64,000 nucleotides of DNA from an uncultured Bacteroidales bacterium. GTDB taxonomy: Bacteria > Bacteroidota > Bacteroidia > Bacteroidales > Paludibacteraceae. The notes beneath the pieces were generated by a model that saw nothing but the letters and a program-made list of their open reading frames with translations, had not been told where the DNA came from and searched no databases. How positions within the stretch are numbered: the first letter of the stretch is position 1; each line of letters opens with the position of its first letter. The translations under genes were made by a program, and so were the position numbers. The stretch spans positions 302,617-366,616 of the forward strand of contig CAMKPZ010000002.1 in the NCBI GenBank assembly GCA_946414805.1, in the 5' to 3' direction. Positions 33,487 through 38,812 of the stretch are shown here, piece by piece.

Positions 33487-35778
33487 TTATTCATTGGTTT
33501 CATCCTCGGAAAGGACTTCTACTGTGGCTCCTAACTCCCGCAGAGCATCTGCAAAGGCATTGGCTTCTTCTTCGGTCAATCCGTCGCAAACAACCTCCGG
33601 CGCCGCATCGGCAATGTCTTTGGCTTCTTTGAGACCGGTGCCTAACCATTCTTTCAGTTCCTTCACAATAGATAATTTGTTAGGTCCTGCATCCTGGAGG
33701 AAGACCGTGTATGTACGATCCTCTTCTTCCTCTTCTTCCTCTTCTTCCTCTTCCTCTTCTTCCTCTTCTTCTTCCTCCTCCTCTTCCTTTTCTTCTTGGA
33801 TATCTTCCTCTTCATCTTGCAGTTCCTCTTCTTGCAGTTCCTCTTCTTGCAGTTCCTCTTCTTGCAGTTCCTCTTCTTGGAGTTCTTCCTTTTGCGAGAG
33901 TTCTTCCTCCTCCGGAATTTCCGGCTCTAACTCCTGATTCTCGGTAGCCGTTAACTCATCCAGCGCATTCTTTGCAATCATCGGCAGGTTCAGAGACAAG
34001 TGGTCAAAAACGATATCTTCCACCTGCGGGGTAGGTGGCAAGTCGGATTTTTTTGCCAGCAGAGGGTTCACGGCAGTCAGCGATTTGCGGCGGTCTTCCA
34101 TCTCACGGACTTCATTCGCGGCAATAGCCAACTCGTTGGAATGACCGTCTTGTAAACGTGCATCAAAATATTCGATATGTCCAAACTCCTCAGCACGCGT
34201 GTCAATATCTTCTTTCAGACGATCCATGTAATCCTCAAAATCATTCTGGACCTGCTCAAACTGTTTCGCCTGGGTCTCGAAAGCCAGCAGAGATTCGGCA
34301 CTATTGTCTTCAACAGATACAATACCGCTCTCAAGATCCTGGGATTGATTCATCGATTGCTGGGTTTTCTGCAACTGCACCAGCGTATTATACGCGGCTA
34401 CGTATTCACGCAGACTGCCCTGCATCAAGTTGATCAAATCAGCCGATTGTGCACGGTTGGACAGGTAGAAGTTGTCAGTGTCCTGATGCCATTTGTTGAG
34501 GTAAGAGAGTTTCTGGTCTTTAATATGATTATAGATCTTCAAACGCTCAATGCGGTTCTCCTGCATGAGTTTCTCTACCATTGGTGCTACAATCTCTTCG
34601 TAAATCTGGTGTACACCGAACGGCATAGTAGTCAAACTGCCGTCTTCCGCAGTCCATTGGTCGGTAATGAGGTTATAACGGACGCGTGAACTTTGCCGGA
34701 GCGTGAAAGGCTGATATCCCTGAACGGAATCCGAATAATCGAATTTCTCGTCGCGGATTCGTTGGATCTCTTCGGCTTCTAAAAGCGGAGAATAGTGGTT
34801 GTAGGGTGCCTTCAGAATCTTATAAAGAAGACTGTTCGAGGCGTTAACCAGCTTGTCCGTGCTTGATAATTTCAGCATGGAGATTGTTTGTACCGAGGTA
34901 GCCATTGTTTTCATGAGATCTTTCAGAACATCTTCGAATTGTTCGCTCTCGTTGCTTAGCGAGTCCTTGAGTTTATTAAGTTCCTCAAACTTGGCAATGT
35001 CGTCATTGTACTGGTCTTTATCGAAGATAGGTAGTACTATGGCATTTTTAGGCAGTTGCGAGGTGGTGTACTCATTGATATTCGCCAGACGGCTGCTATC
35101 GTCCGATACCAGCGGCAGCGAAACGGACGATGTGTCCAGATCATTCATGCAGTATGAAATGGTGCGCAACGAGCGATCCAGTTTACCGAAATAGTCATTC
35201 TGGTAAATCTCCTGCATAGAGAGCGAATATTCGTCGGTCTCCACCGCTTCGGCTTCATTGGAGGTCTCCACTATCGGTGCTTCCGTATTCAACTGCTTGA
35301 TCTCCTCAATGGTGTTGCATAGCAGTTCATTCTGACGGCTCATCTGCAGTGTGACTTGGGATTTAGGCACCTGACCTGTGTAATCAACGATAAAACTCTT
35401 GTCTTCATATTTGATTTGGTCCGCAATCGGTACGTAAACGACACCGAGTTTGTTCACCTTGTAGTCGCGGAATATCTCTTCGTGCTGCTTGCGGAATTCT
35501 CCGATGCGTGTTTGCAGGTCCGCTATCTGTTTCTTGTACTTGTTCTTCCGCACCCAATACATGAAAAACAGTATAATGGTGAAAAACCATTTCCAGCAGT
35601 TGGAAGCCTGTGCTTCGATATCACGTTGCTTGGATTCAAGGGAAGCGATCTCTTTCTCTATGCGCTCCTCCTCGTGTACAATCCGCTCTGCGGCTTGCTG
35701 ATAATACGAGAACAATACCTTGGCTTCATCCTGGTAGATATTGCTCGATTCTTGAAAAATTTTACCTGTAGTTGCCAT
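33487..35778 (-). CDS. membrane-anchored coiled-coil protein with poly-acidic linker and C-terminal ribosomal L7/L12 C-terminal-domain-like module
   Basis: 763 aa. One TM helix (CWKWFFTIILFFMYWV) after an N-terminal coiled coil. Long helical middle. EEELQ x5 and poly-E tract. C-terminus is YTVFLQDAGPNKLSIVKELKEWLGTGLKEAKDIADAAPEVVCDGLTEEEANAFADALRELGATVEV. Confidence 0.8.
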   Translation of the reverse strand: MATTGKIFQESSNIYQDEAKVLFSYYQQAAERIVHEEERIEKEIASLESKQRDIEAQASNCWKWFFTIILFFMYWVRKNKYKKQIADLQTRIGEFRKQHEEIFRDYKVNKLGVVYVPIADQIKYEDKSFIVDYTGQVPKSQVTLQMSRQNELLCNTIEEIKQLNTEAPIVETSNEAEAVETDEYSLSMQEIYQNDYFGKLDRSLRTISYCMNDLDTSSVSLPLVSDDSSRLANINEYTTSQLPKNAIVLPIFDKDQYNDDIAKFEELNKLKDSLSNESEQFEDVLKDLMKTMATSVQTISMLKLSSTDKLVNASNSLLYKILKAPYNHYSPLLEAEEIQRIRDEKFDYSDSVQGYQPFTLRQSSRVRYNLITDQWTAEDGSLTTMPFGVHQIYEEIVAPMVEKLMQENRIERLKIYNHIKDQKLSYLNKWHQDTDNFYLSNRAQSADLINLMQGSLREYVAAYNTLVQLQKTQQSMNQSQDLESGIVSVEDNSAESLLAFETQAKQFEQVQNDFEDYMDRLKEDIDTRAEEFGHIEYFDARLQDGHSNELAIAANEVREMEDRRKSLTAVNPLLAKKSDLPPTPQVEDIVFDHLSLNLPMIAKNALDELTATENQELEPEIPEEEELSQKEELQEEELQEEELQEEELQEEELQDEEEDIQEEKEEEEEEEEEEEEEEEEEEEEEEDRTYTVFLQDAGPNKLSIVKELKEWLGTGLKEAKDIADAAPEVVCDGLTEEEANAFADALRELGATVEVLSEDETNE
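33490..33711 (-). other. L7/L12 C-terminal-domain-like module (domain of the 763-aa protein)
   Basis: By-eye alignment to E. coli L7/L12 CTD (recalled as [67 protein letters not shown]) gives about 28 of 67 identical positions, including AGxNK, GxGLKEAKD, AP and GAxVEV. Confidence 0.8.
33719..33890. repeat. GAA/GAG-rich tract plus 15-bp tandem repeat x5 (33816-33890) encoding the poly-E and EEELQ linker
   Basis: CTTGCAGTTCCTCTT x4 perfect plus one diverged unit, read directly. Confidence 0.9.
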
Positions 35779-35798
35779 TCTTCTATAAGGTTAATGTG

Positions 35799-36497
35799 TT
35801 AATTCATTATTTGTTTGCGTTGCGCGAGGGTGCGCTCCAGACGGGCTATCAGCGCGTGAATTTCCTGCTCTTCCGTCTTCCTGTGCGGAAGGGCGATTGC
35901 AATCTCATGAGCGAGGCGTATAAACTGTTGCTCCAGTTCTACCGCTTCTTGTTTGTCAGAAGGCGTTATATATCGCAATTGGTCTGTGATTCCGTTCAGG
36001 GCACTGCGGATATCCGCCGGGATGTCCGTTCCGTCGGCTAAAGCGTTCTGTAGCTGGTCCACTACTTTTTTCATCTGCTCTCGACCGGCCAAGGCGTTTT
36101 TCTCTTGCGCTGCTACAGCGCTGGCTTTATGCCCTGCAGCCGTACTGAAGACCCAGGCAAAGAGCAGAATCCCCAGCAATCCTCCTTGTCCCAGAACCTG
36201 GTATATAAAGGCGCATTCATATATGCCGGCAGCCACGCCGAACCCAACGGCCAGTACCATGTATGCTAATTGCCCCTGCCAGCGGATACCTATACTTGCT
36301 ACTTCCGGCGCATGATCGCTATCGCTGATGATCGGGCAATATAGATCATAGCAGATAAGCGCCCAAATGATACTTAGCACTACCGTGTCTAAGATCATTA
36401 TATCTTGTGCCAAACCATGAGGCAGCAGAAGCATCGCACTAATGATGAAGGCTTCACCTAAAAGTGCGAGAAGGGAGGTTAAAATAATTCGTTTCAT
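35799..36497 (-). CDS. hypothetical 4-TM membrane protein with cytoplasmic helical C-terminal domain
   Basis: Four hydrophobic helices in residues about 5-125, then a roughly 100-aa helical tail (…QEKNALAGREQMKKVVDQLQNALADG…ARLERTLAQRKQIMN). No family recognised. Confidence 0.7.
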   Translation of the reverse strand: MKRIILTSLLALLGEAFIISAMLLLPHGLAQDIMILDTVVLSIIWALICYDLYCPIISDSDHAPEVASIGIRWQGQLAYMVLAVGFGVAAGIYECAFIYQVLGQGGLLGILLFAWVFSTAAGHKASAVAAQEKNALAGREQMKKVVDQLQNALADGTDIPADIRSALNGITDQLRYITPSDKQEAVELEQQFIRLAHEIAIALPHRKTEEQEIHALIARLERTLAQRKQIMN

Positions 36498-36524
36498 GAT
36501 AATAGGAGTGTTAAAATGTCAGTT

Positions 36525-37772
36525 TTATCTGCGTTGACCACAAACGGGACAGAACTTATCCCGAGGCTGTAACTGTGCTCCGCAGCGGCTGCATACATTC
36601 TCGTCGGCTATCGGCGCACGTGAGCCGAAAGAACCTGCTGCCAGCGGAGTGCCGCAGGATACACAGCGTCTGGCATGATCGGCGTTGTCCGTTCCGCATC
36701 TGGGGCAGGGATTGTATTTATGGCCGCAATGAGGGCAAAAGGCCTGATTGGATTTATATTTCTTTGAGCAAGCCCCGCAATATATATCGCGTACTACGGC
36801 GGCATTCCCGGCATCTATCAATCCGGCGGCATTAGCGTTTCCGGAACCGCCCATTGCAGGCTGATTATAGGCAGGCTGCATCATCCCTGCTCCTACACCG
36901 CCCATTCCTCCTGCCATTCCGCTCATCATCTGGACAGCCATCAATCCGCCTAACAATCCACCGCCGTTTCCTCCCATGTTGCTGAAACCGTCGATGGCAT
37001 TATTCGCGGTGCCAAACAGCTGTTCCTGCTGCCATGTGCGACCCGTGATCTTCTGGGCTGCCTGCTGTGAGATGGCCTCGGCTATTTGTCGACCTTCCGC
37101 TGTCGTCTTATCGATCTCTATTGAATTGACATAGAATTTCGTCAACTCCAAGCCCATATTGGTCCAGAAAGGAGCCAACTGTAGTTGCAGATCAGCACTA
37201 AGCCTGTCTAAGAATGCGGAGATCTGCATGAAGCCGATTTTATTTATCAGCATGTATTGCAAAATCAGTGATTTCGCTTTCGAGCAAATTTCTCCGTATG
37301 ACTGATTGGTCATATTTTCTTCGGTGAAGGTGTAATGAGTTCCTACAAAATTGATGATGAATTTCTCTGTATCCACAATCCGGAGACCATATTGCCCCAT
37401 TGCTATCAATGGCAGTTGCGTTTTGTAATCCTCGTCGAAATAGGGAAGACCTGTCAGACTCCAGTCAATGGCAAAGGTCTGTATTTTATTTACAAACCAT
37501 ACTTCGGCGGTGAAGGGATTCTCTCCCCCGAATGGAAATCCATACAATGTACGTAGGATAGGTAAGTTTTCTGTCTTTAACTGGTGTTTCCCCGGACCGA
37601 ATTTACCGATCAATTGCCCTTTTGAGAATAATAAAGCCTCCTGGCTCTCATGTACCAGCAGTTGCGTAGCGGTAGACAGGTTACGCTCGGGATGGTGATA
37701 CGCATAAATCACTTCATCTCCCTGCGGCTGCCATTGTACGACATCAATGATTGGTTTGCTAAATAATCCCAT
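36525..37772 (-). CDS. SPFH-domain protein (COG4260/YdjI-like) with Gly/Met-rich linker and three C-terminal zinc ribbons
   Basis: N-terminus MGLFSKPIIDVVQWQPQG… and the following ~270 aa resemble the virion-core-protein-like SPFH family. Linker GGNGGGLLGGLMAVQMMSGMAGGMGGVGAGMM. Ribbons CGACS-x11-CPHCG, CPRCG-x10-CVSCG, CSRCG-x10-CPVCG. ATG at 37772 (track start 37817 is non-ATG). Confidence 0.75.
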   Translation of the reverse strand: MGLFSKPIIDVVQWQPQGDEVIYAYHHPERNLSTATQLLVHESQEALLFSKGQLIGKFGPGKHQLKTENLPILRTLYGFPFGGENPFTAEVWFVNKIQTFAIDWSLTGLPYFDEDYKTQLPLIAMGQYGLRIVDTEKFIINFVGTHYTFTEENMTNQSYGEICSKAKSLILQYMLINKIGFMQISAFLDRLSADLQLQLAPFWTNMGLELTKFYVNSIEIDKTTAEGRQIAEAISQQAAQKITGRTWQQEQLFGTANNAIDGFSNMGGNGGGLLGGLMAVQMMSGMAGGMGGVGAGMMQPAYNQPAMGGSGNANAAGLIDAGNAAVVRDIYCGACSKKYKSNQAFCPHCGHKYNPCPRCGTDNADHARRCVSCGTPLAAGSFGSRAPIADENVCSRCGAQLQPRDKFCPVCGQRR

Positions 37773-37814
37773 AGTAGTATTAAGAATTAGATTGAGTATT
37801 AGTATTAGACGCCG

Positions 37815-37846
37815 CAAAATTACTATTTTTTTATGAATTATGCAAA
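37815..37846 (-). promoter_or_regulatory. Bacteroides-type promoter of the SPFH/L12-fusion operon
   Basis: On the minus strand: TTTG (37846-37843), 20-nt spacer, TAATTTTG (37822-37815). The -7 box is 42 nt upstream of the ATG at 37772. Confidence 0.7.
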
Positions 37847-37894
37847 TTTTATCTATATTTTTTTTGCGATACTCTTTTCCGGTAGGTACAACAA

Positions 37895-37921
37895 CAAAAA
37901 AAAGAGACCTTGTTGGTCTCT
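37895..37921 (-). terminator. rho-independent terminator after tRNA-Val
   Basis: Minus strand reads AGAGACC-AACAA-GGTCTCT followed by a run of T. Confidence 0.75.
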
Positions 37922-37927
37922 TTCTTG

Positions 37928-38002
37928 TGGGCGTTTACGGATTCGAACCGCAGACCCTCTGCTTGTAAGGCAGATGCTCTAAACCAGCTGAGCTAAACGC
38001 CC
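37928..38002 (-). tRNA. tRNA-Val (anticodon UAC)
   Basis: Cloverleaf read by hand: GGGCGTT-TA-GCTC-AGCTGGTTTA-GAGC-A-TCTGC-CTTACAA-GCAGA-GGGTC-TGCGG-TTCGAAT-CCGTA-AACGCCC-A. 75 nt, no encoded CCA. Confidence 0.93.
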
Positions 38003-38043
38003 GTCGTTTTACCGACTTTAGAGCTCTTTTTCAAAAGCGAGTG

Positions 38044-38075
38044 CAAAGGTACTGCTTTTTTTTGACATGACCAAA
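38044..38075 (-). promoter_or_regulatory. Bacteroides-type promoter of tRNA-Val
   Basis: Minus strand: TTTG (38075-38072), 20-nt spacer, TACCTTTG (38051-38044). About 40 nt upstream of the tRNA 5' end. Confidence 0.7.
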
Positions 38076-38104
38076 TTTTTTTGCAAAAAAATGCACTTTA
38101 GGGG

Positions 38105-38812
38105 TCATTTTTTTGTGTTTTTCTGCTTTTTCAGGTTAAAAAGGCGGTAATTGTACCATTTTTTATCCTCAAAACGGTGCAGAACAGCGTAAGCGACGAC
38201 CGAAACAAAGATGCCGACAAGTATTCCTCCGAAAACATCCATTGCGAAATGCTGGCTGAGGTAGATCCGGCTGTAACCTCCCAATGCTGCCAGAACGAAA
38301 AGAAGGATCTGTATAAGACCGGTGGTTGGTGATCGGTGACTGGTGGCAGGCGAAGTGAGAAGAACGCACACGACAAACGCCAGCGAGAAGAAAGAGGTGG
38401 TGTGACCGGAAGGGAAGGAGAACCAAGCGTTCATCCGCACGCCTTCGACGAGCGGCAGTTGGACATCCGGCATGTTGGCAGCAAACCAAGTGACAGGTCG
38501 CGGAGCATTGATGATATGTTTGGCAATCTGGGTAGTGAGAGCGCTGCCGAGCATACAAGCGCAACCGAGCACGCCGTTGCCGATACGGCTGAAGAGAAGC
38601 AACGCAATGCATACGAGATAAGGAAACCACTCCGCTACCGTGGTATAATACCTATAGAATATATCGCGTGCGGGCGTGTGACGATCGCATAAGAGCAGAT
38701 GCAACTCGCCTTTCGGGATACATATAAGCGCTAAGCCCAATACTCCGAGGAGTATCAGGCTTAGCGTCAGAAAGATCTTGTTCTTATTCCACACGTTGGC
38801 CATAGACATCAT
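38105..38812 (-). CDS. PAP2-family phosphatase (membrane)
   Basis: All three acid-phosphatase motifs are present: KHIINAPRP, PSGH, SRIYLSQHFAMD. Confidence 0.88.
   Translation of the reverse strand: MMSMANVWNKNKIFLTLSLILLGVLGLALICIPKGELHLLLCDRHTPARDIFYRYYTTVAEWFPYLVCIALLLFSRIGNGVLGCACMLGSALTTQIAKHIINAPRPVTWFAANMPDVQLPLVEGVRMNAWFSFPSGHTTSFFSLAFVVCVLLTSPATSHRSPTTGLIQILLFVLAALGGYSRIYLSQHFAMDVFGGILVGIFVSVVAYAVLHRFEDKKWYNYRLFNLKKQKNTKK

Noticed and set aside
32954-33937. 327-aa plus-strand ORF with a long poly-Ser tract
   Set aside because: The poly-Ser/Cys run is simply the antisense reading of the poly-Glu/EEELQ linker. The ORF spans two minus-strand genes and their spacer.
30400-38002. Classical integrative island or prophage remnant at tRNA-Val
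   Set aside because: There is no integrase, recombinase, transposase or phage structural gene. I found no direct repeat of the tRNA 3' end at the distal boundary. An AAACGCC match at 30526-30532 is short and in inverted orientation.
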